The notes under the pieces: generated by a model
The model's input: only the letters and a program-made list of their open reading frames with translations
Database searches by the model: none
Told to the model about the DNA's origin: nothing
Translations under genes and position numbers: made by a program
NCBI GenBank assembly: GCA_964483665.1
Contig: CAZACP010000002.1
Location: forward strand, 33,171-97,170
DNA: 64,000 nucleotides
Origin: an uncultured Candidatus Saccharibacteria bacterium
Lineage (GTDB): Bacteria; Patescibacteriota; Doudnabacteria; UBA920
Direction of reading: 5' to 3'
Part shown: in pieces, positions 40,159 through 48,209 of the stretch
Position numbering within the stretch: position 1 is the stretch's first letter
How the letters are laid out: each line of letters opens with the position of its first letter

Positions 40159-40210
40159 ACACTACAGATGCCTACAGAACAAGGAGTTTTGGGGGTCATT
40201 TGTAGTTTTT
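40159..40210. repeat. Third copy of the CTACAGATGCCTACAGAA motif with a degenerate partner TCATTTGTAGTTTTT
   Basis: acactacagatgcctacagaac lies at 40159-40180. The partial arm lies at 40197-40210. Confidence 0.55.
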
Positions 40211-40302
40211 AAATTGTGGACATTTGGCCATGTTTTCCAGTATAATATAATACAACCCTGAACCCGTAGCTCATTTGGATACCCGCTCGACCCTTACAAC
40301 TA

Positions 40303-40379
40303 GGCTCCGTAGCTCATTTGGATAGAGCGCCTGGCTTCGAACCAGGAGGTAGTAGGTTCAAATCCTACCGGAGTCACCA
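40303..40379 (+). tRNA. tRNA-Arg (anticodon UCG)
   Basis: Manual cloverleaf. Acceptor ggctccg/cggagtc (one G-U pair). D-arm gctc-atttggata-gagc. Anticodon stem cctgg/ccagg with loop cttcgaa. T-arm gtagg-ttcaaat-cctac. Discriminator A and an encoded CCA. Confidence 0.75.
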
Positions 40380-40403
40380 CGAATCATTTTTGCGAGTCAG
40401 GCG

Positions 40404-40500
40404 GGTGGGAAGCGCCTGGCTTCGAACCAGGAGGTAGTAGAGCCTGTCCTGAGCGAAGTCGAAGGATTCGAATTCTACCGGGTGCGCCATTGAAAAATAT
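40404..40500 (+). other. tRNA-derived fragment / pseudo-tRNA
   Basis: A 28-nt exact copy of the tRNA-Arg anticodon arm (40413-40440) sits in a context that does not fold as a cloverleaf. A second 18-nt copy of the D-arm lies at 40264-40281, just 5' of the tRNA. Confidence 0.5.
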
Positions 40501-40558
40501 AGCTAACTAATGTAAACTGTCATAGTGTCTAAAAATATGCTCCCTTAATAAGGGAACC

Positions 40559-40636
40559 CCAAAAATTAGGAGCGCACACAATCTACTTTTTCTAGCCTTA
40601 AAAAAGTAGATTGGGGAGCACGGATTTTTGGGGAGA
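40559..40636 (+). ncRNA. Candidate structured RNA element (nested hairpin), unclassified
   Basis: ccccaaaaat...aatctacttttt-ctagcctta-aaaaagtagatt...atttttgggg. Outer and inner perfect stems enclose GC-rich internal loops. Two more hairpins follow at 40655-40700. Confidence 0.3.
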
Positions 40637-40705
40637 GGAGCAATTGCGAAGGGTATGAGTTTTGGTCTAAAGACCAAAACGTAAGCCCGAAGCAAATTGC
40701 GACGT

Positions 40706-40781
40706 GGATCGGTAGCTCAGTTGGTAGAGCAGCGGACTCTTAATCCGCTTGTCGTGGGTTCGATCCCCACCCGATCCACCA
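40706..40781 (+). tRNA. tRNA-Lys (anticodon CUU)
   Basis: Acceptor ggatcgg/ccgatcc. D-arm gctc-agttggta-gagc. Anticodon stem gcgga/tccgc with loop ctcttaa. T-arm gtggg-ttcgatc-cccac. An A followed by CCA is encoded. Confidence 0.85.
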
Positions 40782-40815
40782 AAACAGCTTAAATTTGAGC
40801 TGTTTTTTAAATGGT
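40782..40815 (+). terminator. Rho-independent terminator after tRNA-Lys
   Basis: Hairpin aacagct/agctgtt followed by a T-run. Confidence 0.55.
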
Positions 40816-40832
40816 GGTACTATTAGCTGGCT

Positions 40833-41825
40833 ATGTTGTATTTATATTTAGGGGCGGATGATTTTACGAAAAAACAGAAAATTGACTCTTTGGTTAAAGA
40901 AAAAAGGGCGGAGTTAGTCGTGTTTGGAGAGGGCGATGAAACACCAAAAGTTCAGGATTTAATAGCAACAGATTTATTCTCAAAGCCAAAGGTTTTTGTT
41001 CTTAGTCTCCCTCCCCCTTTGGGGGAGGGTAAGGGAGAGGGTGTATTGATTATTGACAAATTAATATTATCTTCCAACCACATAGTTATTTCAACTATTT
41101 CTTTAGACAAGCGAAAAAAAGAAAACAAGGATATATTGCTAAACAAAAAAATAATAGTAAAGGAATTTATTTTGCCTCACGGCCAAGAGCTTGATAAATG
41201 GATTTTAGAAAGAGTCTTGTTGCTTGGCGGAAAAATGTCAAAAGACGCGGCAAACCAATTGGCCGTGCGGTTAGGCCGGGACGAAGCAAAAGAAACTAAA
41301 TTTGGCGGTAAAGTGGTAAGCACCGAAGAAGTTTTTAGCTTATGGCAAGCGGACAGTGAAATTAAGAAATTAATAGCTTATTCAGGCGGACGAGAAATAA
41401 CAAAAGAAGATGTAATAGAATTAGTTTCGGAAAATGGGGAGGTCGATGCTCTGCAAATAACTAACGCTCTTGCGGACAAGAACAAGGAACTCTCATTTTT
41501 GCTAATACAAAAGTTTTTAAAAGAACAAACGGCAAGCGACGAAAAAGGCAGCATAATTCAACTAAACGCGCTACTTTCTGAGCAGTTTAGGAACGTGGCA
41601 ATCACGCAGGATTTTGCAAATAGAAAAACAAATGAGGCGGAAATTTTGGAAAAAACCGGGTGGAAAAGCGGAAGGCTTTTTGTAATGAAGAAAATTTCCG
41701 ACAGATTCGACCAGGCTAAAGTAGTGGAAACTTTAAGCAAATTAGCCAGTTTAGACGAGGAAATTAAGACTTCCCAAATGCCGCCAAGAGTGCTGCTCGA
41801 GCTTATTTTGGGGCAATTGTTTTAG
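40833..41825 (+). CDS. holA: DNA polymerase III delta subunit-like protein
   Basis: The N-terminus LYLYLGADDF matches the delta-subunit opening pattern, and the length is about 330 aa. The gene contains an in-frame GC-rich palindromic insert at 41027-41063. Confidence 0.45.
   Translation: MLYLYLGADDFTKKQKIDSLVKEKRAELVVFGEGDETPKVQDLIATDLFSKPKVFVLSLPPPLGEGKGEGVLIIDKLILSSNHIVISTISLDKRKKENKDILLNKKIIVKEFILPHGQELDKWILERVLLLGGKMSKDAANQLAVRLGRDEAKETKFGGKVVSTEEVFSLWQADSEIKKLIAYSGGREITKEDVIELVSENGEVDALQITNALADKNKELSFLLIQKFLKEQTASDEKGSIIQLNALLSEQFRNVAITQDFANRKTNEAEILEKTGWKSGRLFVMKKISDRFDQAKVVETLSKLASLDEEIKTSQMPPRVLLELILGQLF
41027..41063. repeat. GC-rich palindromic element (copy 1) inside the holA-like CDS
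   Basis: ccctccccc-ttt-gggggaggg followed by taagggagagggtg. It encodes LPPPLGEGKGEG in-frame. Confidence 0.65.
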
Positions 41826-41931
41826 TTGTAACAGTTTAGAGATTATTGCGTTATATTATGTGGTATAATAAATATAAGTATTAATTGCCTAATAAATCGC
41901 AAATTAGCGAAAGGGCAGGAGACAAAAATAA

Positions 41932-42984
41932 ATGAATAACAAGATGCTTAAAATTGCAGCGAGCGCTGCAATTTCCGCCGGACTTATTTTTCCGGCATTT
42001 TCAGCATTAGCTGTTACATCCCAAGAATTACAAGGAAAAATATTGGGCATTCAGACTTCAATGAAAGAACAGTCTGAATCGTACAAAAAAGAAATGGAAC
42101 AGAAGCGCGAAGAGCTTAAAGATTTAATGGAAGCCAAGGCTGAATCTTATAAGAAGGAAATGGAAAGCAAGCGAGAAGAGTTAAAGAAGTTGTCGGAAGA
42201 AAAAAAAGAAGCTTTGAAAAAAGAAGCCGAAAGCAAGAGAGAAGAGCTGAAGAAGAAAGCGGAAGAACAGAAAGAGGCTTTAAAAATTTGTAAGCAGCAG
42301 AATAAAGATGTAAATGAAGATTATTCTGAAGCTGCCAAAGTTGCCAGGGAAGTTCGCTCGGAAGCGTTAAAAAAAGCCAGGGAGACCAGGCAGACTGAGT
42401 TAAAAACTGCTTTAGAAACAAGAAAAGCGGCTCGCGCCCAGGTAATTGGCACTAGTACCACCACTAACAGTACCTTAAAAGCCACAAGAAACGCTGCTAT
42501 TGAAACTGCTAAGAATACCAGAAAAACTGAAATTGAAGCCGCTAAAACCGTACTTAATAATGTATTAAATGCAAGTTCAACCCCGGAAAGCATTGCCGCT
42601 GCTAAGGTTGCTTACGAAGCTGCGGTTAAAGCTGCGAACCAAAAGTACGAAGCTGCGGTAAAAGCGGCTAATGAAGCCTATAAAGCAGCTGCAGGCACAA
42701 GCGCAGATTCTTATAAAGAAGCAATGAAAGATGCTAACGAAGCATATGCGGAGGCGGTTAAAGCGGCTAATGAAAAATATAATGCTGCGGTAAAAGCGGC
42801 TAATGAAGCCTATAAAGCAGCTACAAAAACAGCCGGCGAAACTAGAAAGTCAAATATAAAAAATTGCACAACCTCGGGAAATTCAACTTCTACACCTCCC
42901 TCTACAACCCCGACACCTACGCCGACTCCTTCGCCCACAGTCACTCCAACTCCAACCCCTACAGCCACCCCGACCCCCACCTAA
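41932..42984 (+). CDS. Secreted repetitive protein (signal peptide, coiled-coil repeats, AAVKAANEAYKAA repeats, C-terminal Pro/Thr-rich tail)
   Basis: The signal peptide MNNKMLKIAASAAISAGLIFPAFSALA is present. Tandem repeats at the DNA level span 42060-42300 and 42600-42830. The C-terminal tail reads TPTPTPTPSPTVTPTPTPTATPTPT. Confidence 0.6.
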   Translation: MNNKMLKIAASAAISAGLIFPAFSALAVTSQELQGKILGIQTSMKEQSESYKKEMEQKREELKDLMEAKAESYKKEMESKREELKKLSEEKKEALKKEAESKREELKKKAEEQKEALKICKQQNKDVNEDYSEAAKVAREVRSEALKKARETRQTELKTALETRKAARAQVIGTSTTTNSTLKATRNAAIETAKNTRKTEIEAAKTVLNNVLNASSTPESIAAAKVAYEAAVKAANQKYEAAVKAANEAYKAAAGTSADSYKEAMKDANEAYAEAVKAANEKYNAAVKAANEAYKAATKTAGETRKSNIKNCTTSGNSTSTPPSTTPTPTPTPSPTVTPTPTPTATPTPT

Positions 42985-43327
42985 GCTAGCTTTAAAAACT
43001 CCCTTGCTATCTGCCCGCCAAAGTTATTCCAAAATACCTAATAGGACAAATAACACAGATAAAATACGTCTAGAGAGTATTTAATCTGTGGGATCAAGTG
43101 GTATTAGTGAATTTATGGTTAAAAACCTTGGCAGGCAGTTTACCCAGCACCTTTCTTTGTGAACTTAAACTTCCCAGGAATTAAATCTCAATAATTATTT
43201 TGGAATAATAGTTTAGGAGATTTTGAAAGGTGCTGGGTTTAGCAGGGGAGTTTTTGTTTGTTTTTTATTTAAATCCCAGCCAGCATTAGGGGGGATTTTT
43301 TGGTATAATTATTCCAAGGAGGGCCTA

Positions 43328-43825
43328 ATGAGGCTGCTAGCTCTTTTCTTGTTCGCTTTTCTTGCCTACGGGCAAGACGTTTTGGTGGAAAACTTGACGT
43401 TCCCGCCCCTTGCGCGGCAGGCCCGGATCGGGAGTGAAGTGATAATATTGGTTGGACGAGAGGGCGTTGAGGTTTTGTCAGGGCACTGGCTGTTTGTGCC
43501 AACTGCTATTTCCAACCTGGCCGTTTTAGCGGCGCTTGGGGCCATTCCTGATAGTGTTTTGGTTGCTCAGTATTACTTCATTATCGAACACCCGGAAACA
43601 CTTATGACTACGGAATATGTTGACCGTAATTTTTTTAGTCGCATATTTTTAAAGTTGTTCCGGCGCCCTACGGGCAAAATAATTCAATATAAAAATTGTA
43701 TTAACCCAACTGAACAGCAAAAGAAAAACACATTCTCAGTCATAAAAGGCGTGTTGAGGGTTACTGTCCAACATCAAGCTCAATGCTTGGTGACAGAACC
43801 CTCTCGGCTGCTCGCCGAAAAATGA
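43328..43825 (+). CDS. Hypothetical secreted protein on a GC-rich islet
   Basis: The RBS AAGGAGG and an ATG at 43328 give the signal-like N-terminus MRLLALFLFAFLAYG. GC content is elevated over 43250-43880. Confidence 0.4.
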   Translation: MRLLALFLFAFLAYGQDVLVENLTFPPLARQARIGSEVIILVGREGVEVLSGHWLFVPTAISNLAVLAALGAIPDSVLVAQYYFIIEHPETLMTTEYVDRNFFSRIFLKLFRRPTGKIIQYKNCINPTEQQKKNTFSVIKGVLRVTVQHQAQCLVTEPSRLLAEK

Positions 43826-43848
43826 GTTTGACTGCGGCAGGAGACAAC

Positions 43849-43881
43849 TTGGCCAGGGCGACCGCCTTGGCCAGTTTTTTT
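43849..43881 (+). terminator. Rho-independent terminator
   Basis: ggccagggcg-acc-gccttggccag followed by a T-run. Confidence 0.5.
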
Positions 43882-43929
43882 ATTTTGGATTTTAATGTAA
43901 AATATATAAAGTTATTAATCTGAATTTTA

Positions 43930-44808
43930 ATGAATTGGATTCTATTTTCAATTTTAGCGGCGTTCGTTTGGGCTTTGGGGAATGTCTTAGACAAATACAT
44001 ATTTAACAAATGGATTAAAGAGCCTAACGTAGCGCTTCTGTTTTTCGGATTCTTTGGGCTAATATCGAGCTTGATAGTTTTTTGGTATAGCGGATTTACT
44101 TATTTAAACTTCCATCAATTAACAACAGTAGGTTTAGTAGGGTTCGTATATGTTGTGGCCTGCAAGCTCTATTATACAGCGTTAAAGAGCGGCGAGGTGT
44201 CTGTTGTTGTGCCGTTAATTTATTTGGATCCTCTATTTACAGCAATGTTTGCTGGAATTTTTATAAACGAATTATTCCCAGCCTATAAATATATTGGCGT
44301 ATGTCTTATAGTTTTCGGTGCCATGTTAATTTCATTCAAAGATGCTGGTAGCCTTAAGTTGAATAAAGCAGTTGGGCTGGCTGTACTCTCGGCAATTTTT
44401 TTCGGTGCATATAATGTAATTCTAAAAAGTTTACTCAGTGAGATGAACTTTTGGAAGGTATTCGCATATGTCCGTTTTTCAACGTTCGTGTTTTTAATAC
44501 CTTTATATTTTGTTTACTTTAAACAGATGGTTATGATTTTAAAACAACCTAAAGCATTTAGTGTGGTGGGGGTTAGTAACGTGTTTAGTTTTACCGGAAT
44601 ATTGTTTTATACTCTTGCTACATCTTTAACTTTTATAACATTCACTTCCACACTTACGGCATTACAGCCTTTTTTTGTTTTAATGATTACTTTGTTTTTA
44701 AGCATTTTTGCGCCAAAAATATTTAAGGAAGAAACCAGTCGTCGCCATTTTGTGCAAAAGGTCGCGGCTGTGGTTTTGATGTTTGTTGGAATATATTTAA
44801 CAAGTTAA
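43930..44808 (+). CDS. EamA/DMT-family transporter
   Basis: It has 10 TM segments and the EamA-like N-terminus ILFSILAAFVWALGNVLDK. Confidence 0.65.
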   Translation: MNWILFSILAAFVWALGNVLDKYIFNKWIKEPNVALLFFGFFGLISSLIVFWYSGFTYLNFHQLTTVGLVGFVYVVACKLYYTALKSGEVSVVVPLIYLDPLFTAMFAGIFINELFPAYKYIGVCLIVFGAMLISFKDAGSLKLNKAVGLAVLSAIFFGAYNVILKSLLSEMNFWKVFAYVRFSTFVFLIPLYFVYFKQMVMILKQPKAFSVVGVSNVFSFTGILFYTLATSLTFITFTSTLTALQPFFVLMITLFLSIFAPKIFKEETSRRHFVQKVAAVVLMFVGIYLTS

Positions 44809-44813
44809 AAACT

Positions 44814-45200
44814 ATGATGGTTAAAAATTTAGGTAAAATAGAAATAGTTACAGCTATCTTAATATTGCTTTTAGTTATGTGGAATGCTAAGTTAGCCGCC
44901 TTTTTAGCTGTTGTTGCTTTATTAATTTTTGGGTTTTTAAGATATAAAAATAGCCGGGCGGATGATTTAGAAGGCAATGTTTTAAACCCGCAGGCTATAA
45001 AACAGAGGCGCGAGAATTTAGACAAAATTATGCAGCTTGCGGCTATACACCCGCGTTTGACCAATAACATAGTTGAGCAAAACCTAAAAGTTTCCGACGC
45101 TACCGCAACCAGGTATTTAACCTATCTTGCTAACTTAGGAAACTTAGTCCGTATAAACGACAGGGGTAGGGAAGTGTACTACCAATTACCCAAAAAATAA
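44814..45200 (+). CDS. Hypothetical membrane-anchored protein with a C-terminal winged-helix-like domain
   Basis: One TM pair is followed by LTNNIVEQNLKVSDATATRYLTYLANLGNLVRIND. Confidence 0.4.
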   Translation: MMVKNLGKIEIVTAILILLLVMWNAKLAAFLAVVALLIFGFLRYKNSRADDLEGNVLNPQAIKQRRENLDKIMQLAAIHPRLTNNIVEQNLKVSDATATRYLTYLANLGNLVRINDRGREVYYQLPKK

Positions 45201-45339
45201 GGCTTTTTAAAGGCTCACTCGGAGTGAGCCTTTAAAGTCGATTGCCTTTTACTTTAGTGTACTAGTACGGTGATACACAAAAAAAGAGACAGCGCCAAGG
45301 AATTGCTTCCAAGGCGCTTTTGGGGGTTGGTGGACGAGC

Positions 45340-45630
45340 TTACGCGGCCCTTGCCGTTGCGTCCAGGCAACAGGCAAATGTGCTAAAGGGGACGCACATT
45401 CCTTCCACTTTGGAAGAGAGCCCTAGGACAGGGCTCCATCTACTAAAATAGACTTGGGTTGCTGTTTTCGACCACTCTCGTCTATTTAGGCAATTGGCCA
45501 ACTCTTCCATTCTGTGTACGTGTGGCGTTCCCTCGTCGTCCTGTGGGATGAACTCCGTTCTTGTCTGGTTTAGGAAGTGCCCTTCGGGCCCTTCCACAAT
45601 ATAGCCTTCAACGTGTGTGGGGCGCGACAT
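45340..45630 (-). CDS. Hypothetical protein on a GC-rich islet (may alternatively be a structured RNA)
   Basis: A GGAG RBS lies 7 nt upstream of the ATG at 45630. However, the GC-rich context makes long spurious ORFs likely, and extensive hairpins are present. Confidence 0.25.
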   Translation of the reverse strand: MSRPTHVEGYIVEGPEGHFLNQTRTEFIPQDDEGTPHVHRMEELANCLNRREWSKTATQVYFSRWSPVLGLSSKVEGMCVPFSTFACCLDATARAA

Positions 45631-45828
45631 AGTTTCTCCTGTGTGTTGTACTTATAGGCATTTTAACAGGTTATTTAACTAGATGGTAGATTATTAGATA
45701 ATAGAATTATCCACAACCCAGTACCTTGCATAAAAAGGTAGCGAGTGCTATACTTCAGTTAGCGAATAGAGAATAGTGCCTAGAGACAAGAAAAGCACAA
45801 AGAAAATTTATTATTCAAACACAATTTT

Positions 45829-46185
45829 ATGGAAAAGGAACAAGACATAGAAAATAGCAAAGCGCAAATGCGCAAGGGGATTTTAGAGTTTTGTATATTA
45901 CTCATTATTTCCAAAGAAGAGGTTTACCCTTCCGATATTTTAAAGGAGCTTAAAGAATTTGACTTAATTGTGGTGGAAGGTACGCTGTATCCGCTTTTAA
46001 GTAGGCTTAAGGACTATGGGCTTCTTGAATATCGGTGGGAAGAAAGCAAATCAGGTCCCCCTAGAAAATACTACAAGCTTACTTTGGAGGGTAAGAAAGT
46101 TTTGAGCCAAATGGAAAAGAACTGGGCGGAACTTAGTAAAAGTATTCAAGCATTAATAAAAAAACACGGAGGGAATGAGAAGTAA
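45829..46185 (+). CDS. PadR-family transcriptional regulator
   Basis: ILEFCILLIISKEEVYPSDILKEL...EGTLYPLLSRLKDYGLLEYRWEE...PRKYYKLT matches the family. Confidence 0.8.
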   Translation: MEKEQDIENSKAQMRKGILEFCILLIISKEEVYPSDILKELKEFDLIVVEGTLYPLLSRLKDYGLLEYRWEESKSGPPRKYYKLTLEGKKVLSQMEKNWAELSKSIQALIKKHGGNEK

Positions 46186-46301
46186 GAATGGGATAAAATA
46201 AATTTACCATTCCGAAAGCAGTGAGGAATCCCTTTTATAAGTTTTAAGGGATCCTTCGCTCCGCTCTGGATGGTAACATAACATCAATTAATTAAAATAA
46301 T

Positions 46302-48152
46302 ATGAACAAAACAATATCAATTAACTTAGGCGGCAGAAACTTTTTTATAGAAGAAGATGCCTATAAAAAACTGGACGAATATTTAAAAGCCATAAAATTG
46401 CGTTTTGCAGAATACGCGGGAAGCGAGGAAATTGTGGCAGATATGGAAAGCAGAATCGGTGAAAAGTTTACAGACAAGTACGAGGGCAAGACACAGGCGG
46501 TTATAACTTTGGGCGATGTAGACAGCCTGATTTTAGAACTTGGCAGCGTGGACGACATTGCGGGCGACGACCCTTCGACAAGCTCAGGACCTAGCGGGGT
46601 CGAGAGAAGGAATAATAACTATAATAACGACAAAACATCATTCGCGCCTAAACGGCTTATGCGTAATGGGGAAGACAAAATTATTGCCGGCGTTGCTTCG
46701 GGGTTAGCCGCGTATTTTGACGTAGACCCGATTATTTTTAGGGCTCTATTTGTAATTTTGCTGTTTGCCTGGGGAACTATGATCCCTATTTATTTGGTTT
46801 TATGGCTTATAATGCCTGAGGCTAAAACTCTCACTGAAAAAATGCAAATGCGCGGCCAGGCGCTAAATTTAGACAACATAGGCGAAACCATAAAAGAGAG
46901 GGCAGAGGAATTTAAGGCTCACATTAACGGGGTAAAAAACAAAGAAGAGTGGAAAGAATGGGGCAAGAAGGCAAAAGCGGATGTAAAAGCCGTGGGGGAA
47001 GACATAAAACAAAGCGCGCAAAGTATGGGACGGGAAGCGGGCGAAGTTAGTAAAAAAAAAGCCCAAGGGCTAGCTAATTTTTTGCGCCAAATTTTTCAGG
47101 GTTTAGGAAGGCTAATTGCCTTTGTATTTATACTGCTTCGCAGAGTAGTCAGCTTTGCGTTAATTGCGGCGTTTGGTCTTGCCATAGCCGGCCTGACTCT
47201 GGCTTTTGTTACCGCAGTTTTTAATGTAACTTCGCCTTACGTATTTTTGCCCATTGCCGGCATAGCACATACGGCGCCGTTCTATGTTTTGCTTATAGCC
47301 GCGTATGTTTTGGCTTTTGTGCCCATTTTGCTTTTACTGCTTTTGGCAGTCAGCCTGTTTAACCTTAAGTCCGCGTTTAAGCCGGCTTTGGGCTTTAGCT
47401 TGTTTGGGGTTTGGGTCATAGCTTTGGCAATAGGCGGAGCGGTAGGTGCCCGCTATGCGCCTGCCTATGTGGAGCAAATAAAAAACAGCCCCGAGCTTAA
47501 AACTACAACTAAAAGTTTTAATGTTAGCGAATTTGAAAATTTAGATTTGGGAAGTTCGGTAGAGTACAGGCTTACGCAGGGGAGTGAATATAAAATTGAG
47601 GCAGAAGGCTGGAACATAGACCTAGAAAGGCTAAGCGCCAACGTTTCAAACAAAACATTGGTGGTGGAAAAAACAAATAAAAACTTTTGCATATTTTGCC
47701 TAAGCGGCAGGCCAAAAGTTACCATAACCGCGCCCGGCTTTGTTAATATTCGAGCGACCAACTCTTCTACCGTCAACTCCGAAGCTATTGTGGCCACCTC
47801 TACAACACTAAGCCTTGCCAACTCTTCCCGCGCGAACATTAATTTTACTGTTAGCGAGCTAATTTTAAATTTAAGCAATTCCAGTTCCGCGAATTTGTCC
47901 GGCAGCGCAAATTTAATGACCGCTAAGTTAAGCAACTCTTCGCGCCTTTATGGAGAAGATTTAAATATAAAAAACGCGGGTATTACCGCGTCTAACTCTT
48001 CGGTTGCCAATGTAAACGTGAGCGAAAAGTTATACTACAATACTTCTAACTCCAGCCGGATTTATTACACCGGCAGTCCGCAAATAATTACTGAACAAGA
48101 AGAAAGTTTCAAATTGCCGAAAATTCCCGAAACTCCAATAATAATAAATTAA
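46302..48152 (+). CDS. PspC-domain membrane protein with a C-terminal DUF4097/DUF2807 beta-helix (putative adhesin-like) region
   Basis: The PspC domain reads EDKIIAGVASGLAAYFDVDPIIFRALFVILLFAWGTMIPIYLVLWLIMP. The C-terminal repeats read NSSRANINF...NSSSANLSGSANLM...NSSVANVNVS. Confidence 0.7.
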   Translation: MNKTISINLGGRNFFIEEDAYKKLDEYLKAIKLRFAEYAGSEEIVADMESRIGEKFTDKYEGKTQAVITLGDVDSLILELGSVDDIAGDDPSTSSGPSGVERRNNNYNNDKTSFAPKRLMRNGEDKIIAGVASGLAAYFDVDPIIFRALFVILLFAWGTMIPIYLVLWLIMPEAKTLTEKMQMRGQALNLDNIGETIKERAEEFKAHINGVKNKEEWKEWGKKAKADVKAVGEDIKQSAQSMGREAGEVSKKKAQGLANFLRQIFQGLGRLIAFVFILLRRVVSFALIAAFGLAIAGLTLAFVTAVFNVTSPYVFLPIAGIAHTAPFYVLLIAAYVLAFVPILLLLLLAVSLFNLKSAFKPALGFSLFGVWVIALAIGGAVGARYAPAYVEQIKNSPELKTTTKSFNVSEFENLDLGSSVEYRLTQGSEYKIEAEGWNIDLERLSANVSNKTLVVEKTNKNFCIFCLSGRPKVTITAPGFVNIRATNSSTVNSEAIVATSTTLSLANSSRANINFTVSELILNLSNSSSANLSGSANLMTAKLSNSSRLYGEDLNIKNAGITASNSSVANVNVSEKLYYNTSNSSRIYYTGSPQIITEQEESFKLPKIPETPIIIN

Positions 48153-48165
48153 AATGAATACAGCG
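48039..48165. repeat. Direct repeat copy 1 (3' end of the PspC-domain gene plus its terminator hairpin)
   Basis: About 90% identical to 48705-48829. Confidence 0.75.
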
Positions 48166-48209
48166 TGCTCGTAACTGGTACGAGCGCGCTGTAGAAAGCG
48201 TTTTGGGAG

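Noticed and set aside
40507-40695. 62-aa minus-strand ORF between the tRNAs
   Set aside because: The region is dominated by nested hairpins and tRNA-like fragments. It is more likely an RNA structure than a coding sequence.
45290-45650. tmRNA or RNase P RNA assignment for the GC-rich segment
   Set aside because: I tried both strands. There is no tRNA-like T-arm (GTTCRA) next to the CCA-like end. RNase P CR-I-like GGGCUCCAU is present, but the complementary P4 strand and CR-IV (ACAGAA..GGCUUA) are not in the right order. It is kept only as an open question.
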